A stretch of DNA of 32,000 nt from an uncultured archaeon (GTDB lineage Archaea; Asgardarchaeota; Thorarchaeia; Thorarchaeales; CAZPUN01): assembly GCA_964589775.1 (NCBI GenBank), contig CAZPUN010000017.1, positions 30,001 to 62,000 on the forward strand, given 5' to 3'. Numbering within the stretch: the stretch's first letter is position 1; every line of letters begins with the position of its first letter. This document shows, piece after piece, positions 17,895 to 28,105 of the stretch. The notes beneath the pieces are model-generated. The model saw only the letters and a list, made by a program, of their open reading frames with translations, made no database searches and was not told the origin of the DNA. Position numbers and translations under genes: made by a program.

Positions 17895-18602
17895 TTAGAG
17901 ATATTGTTCTGTTTCAGTCTTATTTAAAATTTTGAATACTTTATCAGATTCATCAATAACGGCAATCTCAACTTTAAGGTTCTTAAATGCGTCCCCTTTT
18001 ACTTTTTTGAGCGCATCTATTGCTAGTTTTATTGCCTCAGCTTGTGTGAAATCAGGCTTATAATTATCTTCAAAGTATTCACGAATAGCATCAGAGTCAC
18101 TACCAATTGCTGTAGCTTTCCATCCCCAGAAACTTCCTGAAGGATCTGTAGTGTATAATTGAGGTCCATCAGAATCAATACCAATAATTAATAGAGACAC
18201 ACCAAATGGACGAACTCCACCATATTGAGTGTGCAATTGCTTGGTATCACAAATATCAATAACTAATGAACGAATCGAAATAGGTTCATCATATGTCAAT
18301 CTGTTAATCTGACATTTTATCCTTGCTTGGTCAATTAATTTGCGAGCATCGGCAGGCAATCCAGCAATCGAAGCCCCAACGTGATCGTCAATGATATATA
18401 TTTTCTTTAGTGAATCAATATCCATTAGAGGACTGGAAACGCGTTTCTCAACAACCATAATCGCACCAGTCTTGTACTTTACACCAATTGCAAGAGTTCC
18501 ATGACGAACTGCTTCATTCGCATATTCTACTTGATATAGTCGACCTTCAGGGGAAAATACTGTAATTGCACGGTCATATCCAATTGACGATGGCATAAAC
18601 AA
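17895..18602 (-). CDS. psmA: Proteasome subunit alpha
   Basis: GYDRAITVFSPEGRLYQVEYA, RPFGVSLL, TDPSG, ATAIG; TTG start with AAGGTGA upstream. Confidence 0.97.
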   Translation of the reverse strand: MFMPSSIGYDRAITVFSPEGRLYQVEYANEAVRHGTLAIGVKYKTGAIMVVEKRVSSPLMDIDSLKKIYIIDDHVGASIAGLPADARKLIDQARIKCQINRLTYDEPISIRSLVIDICDTKQLHTQYGGVRPFGVSLLIIGIDSDGPQLYTTDPSGSFWGWKATAIGSDSDAIREYFEDNYKPDFTQAEAIKLAIDALKKVKGDAFKNLKVEIAVIDESDKVFKILNKTETEQYL

Positions 18603-18759
18603 TTAACTTCACCTTGCCTATTTTCAAATCTATTGTTCATAGATTAATTTACCTTATTAAAGTTACTCAATGTTCAAAAATTTTTTGATATAATTTACTC
18701 AATTTTGAGTATATACGCAAAATTTATTAATGAAGTGATTGTCGATTTCTTCGATAAAA

Positions 18760-19350
18760 ATGACCGAAGACAGTTTAATATATACAACTAAAACTCAAAA
18801 AATAACTGCAGCATCCATTTTTGGTGCAATTTCATTAGTTTCTGCATTTTCTGCAGCATATATTCCAAGACTTCCAGGTTGGGGTTTCGCATTGTTTGAC
18901 CCAGTATCAATAATCTGGATAGTTGCATTTTTAATATTTGGAATCACAGTTGGAATTACTACTAGTCTTTTAGGCACATTAGGTTTAATGTATTTTGATC
19001 CAACTGGAATTGGTCCATTTATGAAGCTTATTGCAACACTTCCAATGATGTTAATTCCATGGATTTTTTTCAAATATTACAGCAGCAAAACAGAGGATAT
19101 AAGTTCAGATTATATACTTAAATTCAAAATATATACAATTTCAATGATTTTCGCACTCATTGTAAGATTAGCACTAATGATACCACTCAATTTGATAATA
19201 GTCCCATTGTTTTTCTCAGATAGCTGGCCACCACTTGCAATAATGGAATATACAATGATGCTAAATATAATTCAATGGACCGGTGATGCGTGGATACCAT
19301 ATTTGGTGGTTGTAAAGTCAACATTACGAAATAGTTTCAAGTATTGGTAA
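18760..19350 (+). CDS. Polytopic membrane protein, ECF S-component-like
   Basis: About 6 hydrophobic segments, FDPVSIIWIVAFLIFG, GPFMKLIAT. Confidence 0.6.
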   Translation: MTEDSLIYTTKTQKITAASIFGAISLVSAFSAAYIPRLPGWGFALFDPVSIIWIVAFLIFGITVGITTSLLGTLGLMYFDPTGIGPFMKLIATLPMMLIPWIFFKYYSSKTEDISSDYILKFKIYTISMIFALIVRLALMIPLNLIIVPLFFSDSWPPLAIMEYTMMLNIIQWTGDAWIPYLVVVKSTLRNSFKYW

Positions 19351-19433
19351 TGATATACAGATACGATAACTAAAAATATGTATTTAACAAAATATAGTAA
19401 TATAATAAACTCAGAGAAACAGGAGCAAATAGC

Positions 19434-20273
19434 ATGCCATTTGAGAAAACTTGCCCAGTATGCGGTATGAATGTTAGTATTGATACAATTATATGTCCAT
19501 ATTGCGGTTCGAAAATAGGAGAAGAAAAACTAGAAAGAATTTTACCTTTCTTAAAGCGCGACACCACTCCCGAACCAGTCCCATTAGGAACCTTTCGAAG
19601 AATATATGGTGTATTAAGATATCCAGCATCTACATTTCGCGATATTGCATTAAGACCCGCAAAAGGATCTTTCTTTATCATAATGTTATTTGCTTTACTT
19701 AACCTTGCATTTATGTTAATTGCTGTAAGTCACATATACATTACAGAAACAGTTTATGTAACCGTCGGAAATAGTACAGTACCACAAGTAGTAGATTCAA
19801 GTATTTTACTTTCAAACACATATGGTCCTAGTGGATTACTAATAGTTTTCGGTTGGTTTATACCAATGCTATTAACAATAATAATTATTTGGTTCATTGG
19901 TTCATTCTTTGCATGGCTAGCGTACAAATTTGCTGGGGGAACAGGAAAATACAAACATACCTTAAATATGATTGCATTTACAATGGTACCATTATTATTA
20001 CTACGAACGATGTTCATACCAATTTTAATTGTGGGATTACCAAACATCCAATATGGGGGTTCAGAATATACATTTGATGCATTAAATACACTAATTGTAA
20101 ACAATCCAATATGGGGTGTACTAAATGCACTTACAGCAGTTGGTTTAATCTGGGCAGGTTTTCTATTAATCTTTGGGATTAGAGAAGTCCATAAAACACC
20201 AACATTACATGCAGTCATTCTTGCAATTATATCAACCGCAGTAATGATTGGAGTTTTTCTATGGGCACTATAG
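19434..20273 (+). CDS. Zinc-ribbon + Yip1-domain membrane protein
   Basis: CPVC...CPYCG; VLRYPASTFRDI, FAGGTGKYKHTL...FTMVP, FGIREVHK; ~5 TM segments. Confidence 0.8.
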   Translation: MPFEKTCPVCGMNVSIDTIICPYCGSKIGEEKLERILPFLKRDTTPEPVPLGTFRRIYGVLRYPASTFRDIALRPAKGSFFIIMLFALLNLAFMLIAVSHIYITETVYVTVGNSTVPQVVDSSILLSNTYGPSGLLIVFGWFIPMLLTIIIIWFIGSFFAWLAYKFAGGTGKYKHTLNMIAFTMVPLLLLRTMFIPILIVGLPNIQYGGSEYTFDALNTLIVNNPIWGVLNALTAVGLIWAGFLLIFGIREVHKTPTLHAVILAIISTAVMIGVFLWAL

Positions 20274-20299
20274 ATGCCCATAGATTGCTTTTGCTATTT

Positions 20300-21202
20300 T
20301 TATATCGCAATTAAAATATACGAAATTAATCCGATCAATGCGCCTAACTTATCCAAGGTACTGGCAATCATTTGATGTTTTGGTGATTTGTAATTAATCA
20401 ACAAAGAGATTGATGAAAATATAACTACTGACCCACCTAATATGAGTAATATGATCAAGTTTACTCCTGCATAGCCAAAATACCAAATAAGGAAAAATGA
20501 AATGACACCGATTGTATTCAAGATAATAGCAACCACTGCAGCTGTTTTTAGACCATATACTCTAGCTATCGTGCGTACATCACGTAATTTATCGCCCTCA
20601 ATATCTTCCATACCTTTAATAGTTTCACGAGCCTGCAAAATAAAGAAACTCGCCATGAAGAAAAGAATTATTGAAAAATGAATATTGTAATTTCCGATAA
20701 GAGTACCATAAATGAATGCACCATAAAAAATACCGAAACTAAACGAAAATGCAACAGTAAAATTGCCCCAAATACCAAGAATTTTGACTTTAGATGCATA
20801 ATAAAATCCAACGATAATAAATATCAATGCAACAAGGAATGCGAAAATATGTGTGAATAAAGCTAAAAGGCTTCCAATTGCTGAAAGAAATATGATATAA
20901 TATTTTGCCTGTCGCAACGACATTTTTCCACTGGGTAAAGGACGATGTGGTCGATTTATTTTGTCGATCTCAATATCATAATAATCATTTACAACATTTC
21001 CTGCAGCAGCTATAAAGAAATATGTAAAATATCCAAGAAGTAATAAAGGCATGAGCTCGTTAATTGTAAATAGAGAACCAAACATTTTATTTGACATAAG
21101 TATTCCAGCTAATACAGTAATGCCGCCAATAATACAATTTTGCGGTCTGATTATAACCAAGAATGCACTCAAGGATCGTTTCTGTTGACCGTTCGACATC
21201 AT
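20300..21202 (-). CDS. Digeranylgeranylglyceryl phosphate synthase (UbiA prenyltransferase family)
   Basis: IRPQN, NDYYDIEIDKINRPHRPLPSG, RETIKGMEDIEGD. Confidence 0.9.
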   Translation of the reverse strand: MMSNGQQKRSLSAFLVIIRPQNCIIGGITVLAGILMSNKMFGSLFTINELMPLLLLGYFTYFFIAAAGNVVNDYYDIEIDKINRPHRPLPSGKMSLRQAKYYIIFLSAIGSLLALFTHIFAFLVALIFIIVGFYYASKVKILGIWGNFTVAFSFSFGIFYGAFIYGTLIGNYNIHFSIILFFMASFFILQARETIKGMEDIEGDKLRDVRTIARVYGLKTAAVVAIILNTIGVISFFLIWYFGYAGVNLIILLILGGSVVIFSSISLLINYKSPKHQMIASTLDKLGALIGLISYILIAI

Positions 21203-21295
21203 TGCAGATACAACCTATTTAATATATATTAACATAAGATAACATATACATCATAAATATATATATTTCCAAATAAATATGATAGGAAGGTCCAT

Positions 21296-22615
21296 ATGCC
21301 AAAATATTTGTTTGTTTTAGGGAAGAACTGGAGATTAGCAATTGCTGAAATTATCGAACTTCTTCAGATATACAATATAAAATTTAAAGTTGTAGATTTA
21401 TCTCCAAAAGTATGTATTGTTAATGTAAATCGAAAACTAACATTAAAAGAACTTGATAAGATTCAGTGTAGACTTGGTGGAACCTTAAAAATTGGTTCAA
21501 TTTTATTTGAATCCCCAAATAGGCTTCTATCTGAAATGTTTGGTTATGAAAGAAGAAAGAGAGAAGAGATAGAACCTGAGAATTGGATCCCGAAAGTTTG
21601 GCAAAAAATCAAAGGAAAAAGGATAAAATTTACAATAAGTATTTATCCAATAATAGACTCAAACCCGGAGTTTAATGTAATTCAAGCAATTAATTATCTT
21701 AGCAATAAAACAAAGCAGAGATTATATGATCTAGGCGCATCCAAAGCTAGATATTATATATATAAAATAAAAAATATGGAGACATCAAACAAAAATCCAA
21801 CAAATCCATTATGGCCAAATATGATTATAAAAGAACGTTTAACAACACCACCAAATGCCGAAATCATGATTGTAGAAACATATAAAAATACATACATATC
21901 GCGAACTGCAACTGTTTATGATTCTATATGGCAACAAGCACGAGATAGAGGAAGACCATATGTTTTTCCAGAAATCTCAACAAGCCCGAAGTTATCACGG
22001 ATCATAATTAATTTAGCCAGAGCTAGAAAAAACGATACAATATTAGACCCATTTTGTGGAACCGGTACAATACTTATGGAAGCGCTACTTATGGAAATCA
22101 ATGTAATAGGAATGGATATTGACGAAAAGCAAGTAAAATATTCTAGAGCTAACCTACGCTGGCTTATTCCACATCTAAAAAGACAAATGAAAATAAAGAT
22201 AATACAAGGTGATGCGACAGAACTTAAGAGACATATACACGAAAAAATAGACGCAATTTGCACAGAACCAGATTTAGGACCGGTACAAAAAGAACAAATA
22301 CAATATAACAAAGCAATAGAGATTAAGCAAAAATTAGAACAATTATATTACAAAGTATTAAGAGAAGCCATTCAAATATTAGAACCAAAGAAGAGAATTG
22401 TACTTACCACTCCGCGATATAATACAAATAGAGGAATAATTGCTGTGGATATTAAAAATATATCTCAGAAGCTCGGATTTAAAATTGTAAAACTACTACC
22501 TAACAAATACATTTCAGAGGAACTAAAAGATTATGTTGAAATGAATAGAACGATTATAGTTGATAAAAAACCAAACCAATATGTGGAACGACAAATTATT
22601 GTGTTAGAAAAATAG
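21296..22615 (+). CDS. Trm11/TrmG10-like tRNA m2G10 methyltransferase
   Basis: LGGTLKIG, PKLSRIIINL, ILDPFCGTGTILMEA, GDA, CTEP. Confidence 0.8.
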   Translation: MPKYLFVLGKNWRLAIAEIIELLQIYNIKFKVVDLSPKVCIVNVNRKLTLKELDKIQCRLGGTLKIGSILFESPNRLLSEMFGYERRKREEIEPENWIPKVWQKIKGKRIKFTISIYPIIDSNPEFNVIQAINYLSNKTKQRLYDLGASKARYYIYKIKNMETSNKNPTNPLWPNMIIKERLTTPPNAEIMIVETYKNTYISRTATVYDSIWQQARDRGRPYVFPEISTSPKLSRIIINLARARKNDTILDPFCGTGTILMEALLMEINVIGMDIDEKQVKYSRANLRWLIPHLKRQMKIKIIQGDATELKRHIHEKIDAICTEPDLGPVQKEQIQYNKAIEIKQKLEQLYYKVLREAIQILEPKKRIVLTTPRYNTNRGIIAVDIKNISQKLGFKIVKLLPNKYISEELKDYVEMNRTIIVDKKPNQYVERQIIVLEK

Positions 22616-22624
22616 GTGATTCAT

Positions 22625-23194
22625 ATGGCAAAAGATTCAATTGATACTTTATTAGAGAATATAACAAAAGTGCTTAATGATGTAGATAGTGAACAAATAA
22701 ATAGTATGATCGAACGAATAATAATTACAAAGGTAAAAGGTGGAAATGTTTTCGTCGTTGGGGCTGGAAGAAGCGGATTAGTTGCGAAAAGCTTTGCAAT
22801 GAGATTATATGCAGTAGGATTTTCAGTTGTTGTCGTTGGAGAAACAATAGTACCAAAAGCCAGAGAGAAAGATTGTATTGTTGCAATAAGTGGTTCTGGT
22901 ACGACTCAGTTTACTGTTAATGCCGCAGAAGCTGCAAAATCACAAGGAGCAAAAGTAATAGCTATTACGTCTAGACCAAAATCGCCACTCGGGGAACTAG
23001 CTGATGAATTGGTAGAATTAAAAGGGCGAATCGAGGATGCTGATGCAGCACTAGATTATGCTCCACGACAATTAAGTGGCTTACATACACCACTACATCC
23101 ATTGGGTTCATTGTTTGAGCTTAGTGCAATGATCTTATTAGAGGCAATAATTTCAGAAATTCTTACAAAAGTAGGGATATCTCCGGCAAAATAA
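22625..23194 (+). CDS. hxlB: 6-phospho-3-hexuloisomerase (SIS domain)
   Basis: GAGRSGLVAKSFAMRL, VGET, ISGSGTT, PLGSLFE; ATG 22625 after GGTGA. Confidence 0.9.
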   Translation: MAKDSIDTLLENITKVLNDVDSEQINSMIERIIITKVKGGNVFVVGAGRSGLVAKSFAMRLYAVGFSVVVVGETIVPKAREKDCIVAISGSGTTQFTVNAAEAAKSQGAKVIAITSRPKSPLGELADELVELKGRIEDADAALDYAPRQLSGLHTPLHPLGSLFELSAMILLEAIISEILTKVGISPAK

Positions 23195-23457
23195 TTTAGA
23201 AATAAAACTACAAGAAAGCATCACTTTTGAAAGGGTGATGAATCGCCTAAACACTCATAACCGTGTAACGACATCAAATCAAGTAATTTGAGTATTTAGA
23301 ATATACTACATCTTGCATATATTATATCCAAAAACATTCTTAGAAAAATAGAGTGATACCCAAAAACCCTCTCATCTATGCATGATGTGTATATCCGTGA
23401 AATGGCTATCGCAGAGCATCTAACGTAGGATAATTGCTTATCAATGCGCGAACTGTA

Positions 23458-24303
23458 TCAGAAAACATGATATATAATATCATCATCAATTGCATAAGCT
23501 CGAATTCTAACCCAGTCTTCTTTTATATAAGGAACAATGTAATAAAATAGATTTTTTCTATAATTTTCTTCACCAATACTTTTACGAACTAAATCAGAGA
23601 TATCTTTAAGAATTTGTTCTAAGATTGCACGTATTTCGCGATATTTAAACGATTCTAATTCTTTACTGGAAAAATTAGTTAATGCGATGCCATTTCTATC
23701 GAATACAAATTTTTGAGTGTGAATATATTTGTTTAATGCTTCGGAATGCATATTTTTAATTTTGCTAATAATTTCGGCTCTATTTTCTTGATCGACCATC
23801 CGTAGCAGGCGATAATACAACTGTTCATAAACTTCAAGACTATCCATTGCTTTCTTTGCAATTACATTTTCATCAATTAATTCAAACTGCCCTACAAGTT
23901 CATCAACTTTATTATCTAGTATAGACAACGCTTTAGACAATTCTGAATTGAATTTTAAAAAGTGTTCAAGGGTTTGACCACTCTCTTTTAGATATTTTTC
24001 AAAAATTTCATATAACGTTTCCAGCATAGCTTTGATATAAGATTTGTTTATTTTTAATGCAGTTGCAGCCATTAGAACGATTGGCCCACGCTTAACCCAA
24101 ATAAAACGCGTATCCTCAGTATCTACGCTTTTCAATCGATCATCGATCATTTCATTATTTAGAATTGCATATATTCCACTAAGTTGACCAGATAATAATT
24201 CAAATTGATTATTAAATTCTGCAGCATAAGTCCTTTGATATATACTACGGCCCGATTCAGCTTCAATTATAAAGACAGCTTTAATATCATGTTTAGAATT
24301 CAA
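23458..24303 (-). CDS. Longin-like domain protein with helical C-terminal domain
   Basis: AVFIIEAESGRSIYQRTY...LLSGQLSGI...LKSVDTEDTRFIWVKRGPIVLMAAT...MLETLYEIFEKY fits the longin beta-beta-alpha-beta-beta-beta-alpha pattern. Confidence 0.7.
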   Translation of the reverse strand: MNSKHDIKAVFIIEAESGRSIYQRTYAAEFNNQFELLSGQLSGIYAILNNEMIDDRLKSVDTEDTRFIWVKRGPIVLMAATALKINKSYIKAMLETLYEIFEKYLKESGQTLEHFLKFNSELSKALSILDNKVDELVGQFELIDENVIAKKAMDSLEVYEQLYYRLLRMVDQENRAEIISKIKNMHSEALNKYIHTQKFVFDRNGIALTNFSSKELESFKYREIRAILEQILKDISDLVRKSIGEENYRKNLFYYIVPYIKEDWVRIRAYAIDDDIIYHVF

Positions 24304-24361
24304 TTTAAATCATATAAAAATAGGCACGTTTACATTTATAAAATATATTAAAGAGAACCTC

Positions 24362-24901
24362 TCACTGAGGAGAAGTTCCCATAATTTTTTGAAGAATTGA
24401 ACTAAGACCAAAACCAACTAGAAAATAGAAAGACCAAAAGTATAACCCAAAACCAAAACTTGTAGATATACCTGCCCAACCTGCTACAGGTAAAATCTTA
24501 TCTAAATTAAAAGGCAATATTGCAACAACTTCATCACCAAATAATGCGCGTAGCAAGCTAAAGAGGATCAAAAATGGTATAAAGAAGATTAACATAGGCT
24601 TAAATCGAGCTTTCATTGTATATGATTGAATTTTTGATATATATTTTTCCTTTCGTTTTACTTTTTGCAATAGCTTTTTATTTTGCGTCTTTTGTGCTTC
24701 CATTTTAAGTTTTTGAAATTCCTTAATTTCTTTAGAATATCGAGCTAATTGTTTGACATCTGTAGTTAGTTTTAACGCAATATTAGATATAAAAGAAATT
24801 GAAAGACTGACTACGACAATTAAAATTATAGACATTGGTGGATTTTTAAATCCATAAAAAACGGAAACAAACCACGCTGTAAAATCGCCCCATGGGTCCA
24901 T
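24362..24901 (-). CDS. EMC3/TMCO1/DUF106 (Oxa1-superfamily) membrane insertase
   Basis: TM1, coiled coil, KPM...IPF motif, further TM segment; canonical position after secY-adk. Confidence 0.9.
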   Translation of the reverse strand: MDPWGDFTAWFVSVFYGFKNPPMSIILIVVVSLSISFISNIALKLTTDVKQLARYSKEIKEFQKLKMEAQKTQNKKLLQKVKRKEKYISKIQSYTMKARFKPMLIFFIPFLILFSLLRALFGDEVVAILPFNLDKILPVAGWAGISTSFGFGLYFWSFYFLVGFGLSSILQKIMGTSPQ

Positions 24902-24907
24902 TCATAT

Positions 24908-25498
24908 TCACTCCATTAATGTTGAAACAAGTTCATTAATAGCGGATTCTAATTGATTATCGTAATTTTTAATAATCCGCACAGTTGCACCGGTCAGCGT
25001 ACCAACAGATATTGCTGCCACACGGTTTAATATTTGATGTTCATTAATTGCGGATACGGCTTCACCATCACGGATTCTTGCCTCATCTGTAACTCGCCTT
25101 GTGGCAATTTGCTCAGGTTCAGCCTCAATACAAACAACAGTCTTAGGAGATAATGGTTTGACAACCCATTCAGGTAGCCCAATAAGATAACCATTATTTG
25201 TTTTGATCAAGGCATGCGTATCAACAATGACAATTGAACCAGTACTTTTTTTCGCGATCTCTTCAGCAGCCCGTTTTTGTAAGTCACGTTGTATAGAGGT
25301 AGATAATTTGCGAATTTGATCTCTATTTTCAACAAGGTTCTCTTTGATAGCTAGGTTTAACATTTCTGTGCCAAAGTTTAAAAGCAGAACTTCTTTGCCA
25401 TATTCTTTTTTTATCTTTTCTATCGCACCAGTAATTACAGTTGTTTTTCCAGCACCAGGAACACCAACAACAATGACCAAATTTCTTTTTGTACTCAT
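24908..25498 (-). CDS. adkA: Archaeal adenylate kinase
   Basis: GVPGAGKTT, NFGTEM, RDQIRKL, VDTH, GYLIGLP; start moved to ATG 25498. Confidence 0.95.
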   Translation of the reverse strand: MSTKRNLVIVVGVPGAGKTTVITGAIEKIKKEYGKEVLLLNFGTEMLNLAIKENLVENRDQIRKLSTSIQRDLQKRAAEEIAKKSTGSIVIVDTHALIKTNNGYLIGLPEWVVKPLSPKTVVCIEAEPEQIATRRVTDEARIRDGEAVSAINEHQILNRVAAISVGTLTGATVRIIKNYDNQLESAINELVSTLME

Positions 25499-25602
25499 AC
25501 TATTAAACGCTCCAGTGCAGTTTATAATTATCAAATAAACGAAATAAAGTTTCATTTATAACAATTACTAAGACACATAAAAAAAGATTATAAAGTAGCC
25601 TA

Positions 25603-27045
25603 TTAGATTATACCTAATAGGCCACCAAGACCAGGTTCTGCACTTGCAAGTTGTTCTTTTGCAAGTTGTTCAGCATATTGATTAATAATGGATACCATCA
25701 GGAGAATTCCCGCACCACTAGATAACGCACCGAGAACGTCTGCAAATGCTGCAAGAAGACCAATAATTAAACCGCCCACACCGGCGACAACAGGTATATA
25801 ACGGTTCAACAATTTTTCAAGGACTTTCTCAGATCTTCTGAATCCTGGAACAATATAGCCAGAATCTAATAGCTGGCGTGCAATATCACGTGGTGCCATA
25901 CCAGATATGTCGACCCAAATAACACTGAACCAGTAACACAACAACGTTAAGATCACAGCATAAATTAATGCATGTAAAGGATCTGCAAGTGTAGATTCAA
26001 GGCCTTGTGGGGGCGTGATATAATATACCAAGCTATCAGGTTGTGGAATTAAGCGATTGCTGGTTCCTTCTTTGTAATTACCAAGTAAGTTTAACCAGAA
26101 GTTACTACCACCTGTACGTTGCCAGAGAATCTGTGTAAAGAAGATAATATTTGCATAAAGTGCTTGAGCAAGAATGACTGGAATATTTGAAGTGTACATA
26201 AGCTTTATTGGATAACGTGCTTTTATACCACGATATTGAGCATATTGAAGAGGTATCTCAACTTTCACAGATTCAAGATATATAACCGATAGGAAAATGA
26301 ATGCAGTTACAACCAAGCCCACTATACTAGGAGCATTACCGGGGCGATACAAAATTTGTAGCCAGTCTACTGGTTGACCACTAAATGCATCACGAGCTAG
26401 AGCTAGAATCGCAGTTATTACTCCACGAGGTAAGGTTGAACCACTTGCAGGGTTTGGATCAAAACTGTTAAGAAATACTTGCCCGGCTACATTTGCCATG
26501 ATAAATAGACTGACACCACTTCCAAGACCCCAACCTTTCTGAACTAGCTCATCAAGCATGATTACAATTATTCCGGCAGCAGTTAACTGAAGAAATACTA
26601 AAATTGCATTTGTAACCGATAATTGTCCAAATGCATTTCCAATAATATATGCTCCAGCTTGGAATAAAGTCATTAAAACTGCCAATACTTTTTGACCGCC
26701 GGTAAACATTGCTCGGTCTTCAGGATTTGAAAAATCAACATCAATGATTTTAGATCCTGAAAGCAACTGCATGACAAGCCCAGCAGTTACAATAGGACCA
26801 ATACCAAGTTCCATCAAGGTTCCTCTTGATGATGCCAGAATTACACGCATAGCCCACAAGTAGTCATAACCTGAACTTTCAGGATTTACACCATATAATG
26901 GTAGATGTGCCATAATGAGATAGATAATTAAAGCACCTAATGTCCACATCAATTTCTCTCGTAGAGTCAGTTCTCGCTGAGGAGATTTAACCTCAGGCAT
27001 GAATCTGATGAAAGGACTTAAGGCCCTTAGGAATAAGCTTGTCAT
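25603..27045 (-). CDS. secY: Preprotein translocase SecY/Sec61 alpha
   Basis: GTLMELGIGPIVTAG, GWGLGSGVSLFI, YPIKLMYTSNIPVIL, IVPGFRRS. Confidence 0.98.
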   Translation of the reverse strand: MTSLFLRALSPFIRFMPEVKSPQRELTLREKLMWTLGALIIYLIMAHLPLYGVNPESSGYDYLWAMRVILASSRGTLMELGIGPIVTAGLVMQLLSGSKIIDVDFSNPEDRAMFTGGQKVLAVLMTLFQAGAYIIGNAFGQLSVTNAILVFLQLTAAGIIVIMLDELVQKGWGLGSGVSLFIMANVAGQVFLNSFDPNPASGSTLPRGVITAILALARDAFSGQPVDWLQILYRPGNAPSIVGLVVTAFIFLSVIYLESVKVEIPLQYAQYRGIKARYPIKLMYTSNIPVILAQALYANIIFFTQILWQRTGGSNFWLNLLGNYKEGTSNRLIPQPDSLVYYITPPQGLESTLADPLHALIYAVILTLLCYWFSVIWVDISGMAPRDIARQLLDSGYIVPGFRRSEKVLEKLLNRYIPVVAGVGGLIIGLLAAFADVLGALSSGAGILLMVSIINQYAEQLAKEQLASAEPGLGGLLGII

Positions 27046-27146
27046 GAGTCGATTTCTCCAGTAAATTTTTTGTTTTTTATTTATAATTTCACATATTGAT
27101 TAAAATAAAAAATGTTTCGTATAAGTATTAAGAGCAGGCTGTAAGC

Positions 27147-27593
27147 CTACTCAGTTTCTTCAACGATTTTACCATTTGCCGCCTCAATTTTTTCTTTTGC
27201 CTTCGCGGAATAGGCGGACAAATTGGTAATGACAATGTTCTTTGTAACTTTTCCAGCACCAAGTAACTTGTCATAGTCTAGTTTTTCCCAATCAACTTGG
27301 TAGGTTTTACCATCAAAAGTGGCCAAACCTCGTTTGACAAGATTGGGTAACATTTCGTCTAGTTCTCCAACATTAATTGTTTTTGGAGAGTAAACTAACT
27401 TTTGAGGTCGTTTAAAGCCATGTTTTCCAAAGTACCTTGGATTTTCAATAATTGTTTTAATCCATAAATGCTTATGACGACCCGCTTTGCCGACACCACC
27501 CTTTTGTCCAGAATTGAGGTGACCACTAACTCGACCGTATCCTACAGTACGGGTCCCACGCTTCTTTCGAATTTTTTTAGGCTTACGAATCAT
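27147..27593 (-). CDS. rpl15: 50S ribosomal protein uL15
   Basis: RGTRTVGYG, YFGKHGF, INVGEL, KLLGAG; ATG 27593 after AAGGTGA. Confidence 0.96.
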   Translation of the reverse strand: MIRKPKKIRKKRGTRTVGYGRVSGHLNSGQKGGVGKAGRHKHLWIKTIIENPRYFGKHGFKRPQKLVYSPKTINVGELDEMLPNLVKRGLATFDGKTYQVDWEKLDYDKLLGAGKVTKNIVITNLSAYSAKAKEKIEAANGKIVEETE

Positions 27594-27606
27594 GATATTC
27601 ACCTTT

Positions 27607-28089
27607 TTAGATCATTCTTTGTGCGAGTTCATTAATGGCATCACCACGGTACCCGGTAATACCACCGTTCTTGTAGGCACGCATCTTCTTGCCACGGAAT
27701 CCTTTCTTGGGTGGGCGTAGACGAAACACGGGTTTTAATCCGGGTACTTCATCAGGTCTGATTTTTCCATCATATAACGCCTTTGCTAAGTCGGATATTG
27801 ATTTAAATTCAGTATTTTCTTTAAGATACTCTTCAGTTAATCTTTTATTACCTACAAGGCGCCCACGTTTTGATAGGAGCGCTTCTAAGGTTTCGAGGGT
27901 AGGTTCACCCCAAGTAATATAATCCTTAGATTTACGTATCATTCCAATGAAACTTGGGGTTTGAGGAATCAAAACTGCATGATAGAGTCGAACTAAATGA
28001 AGCATTTTCATGTTATCTTCGATATCTTGTCTGATTCCTGCAAGACCTCTTACCCTTATTACTAAGAGGGGAGTTTTTGTTTCGCTCAT
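27607..28089 (-). CDS. rpl30: 50S ribosomal protein uL30
   Basis: IRVRG, KDYITWGE, KPVFRLRPPKKG, GYRGDAINEL. Confidence 0.96.
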   Translation of the reverse strand: MSETKTPLLVIRVRGLAGIRQDIEDNMKMLHLVRLYHAVLIPQTPSFIGMIRKSKDYITWGEPTLETLEALLSKRGRLVGNKRLTEEYLKENTEFKSISDLAKALYDGKIRPDEVPGLKPVFRLRPPKKGFRGKKMRAYKNGGITGYRGDAINELAQRMI

Positions 28090-28105
28090 ATATAGCACCA
28101 CCAAA

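Noticed and set aside
21296-22615. DNA methyltransferase partner for the Mrr-like nuclease
   Set aside because: Architecture fits a Trm11-type tRNA methyltransferase, and it is not adjacent to the nuclease
23192-23230. Stop read-through extending hxlB (FRNKTTRKHHF) or a SECIS-like role for the nearby hairpin
   Set aside because: The stop is TAA, there is no in-frame TGA in the gene, and the extension does not match the usual PHI tail
23232-23280. Fluoride (crcB) riboswitch resemblance GGGTGATG...CGCCTAAAC
   Set aside because: The loop is too short, pseudoknot pairing is absent, and there is no downstream plus-strand gene to regulate
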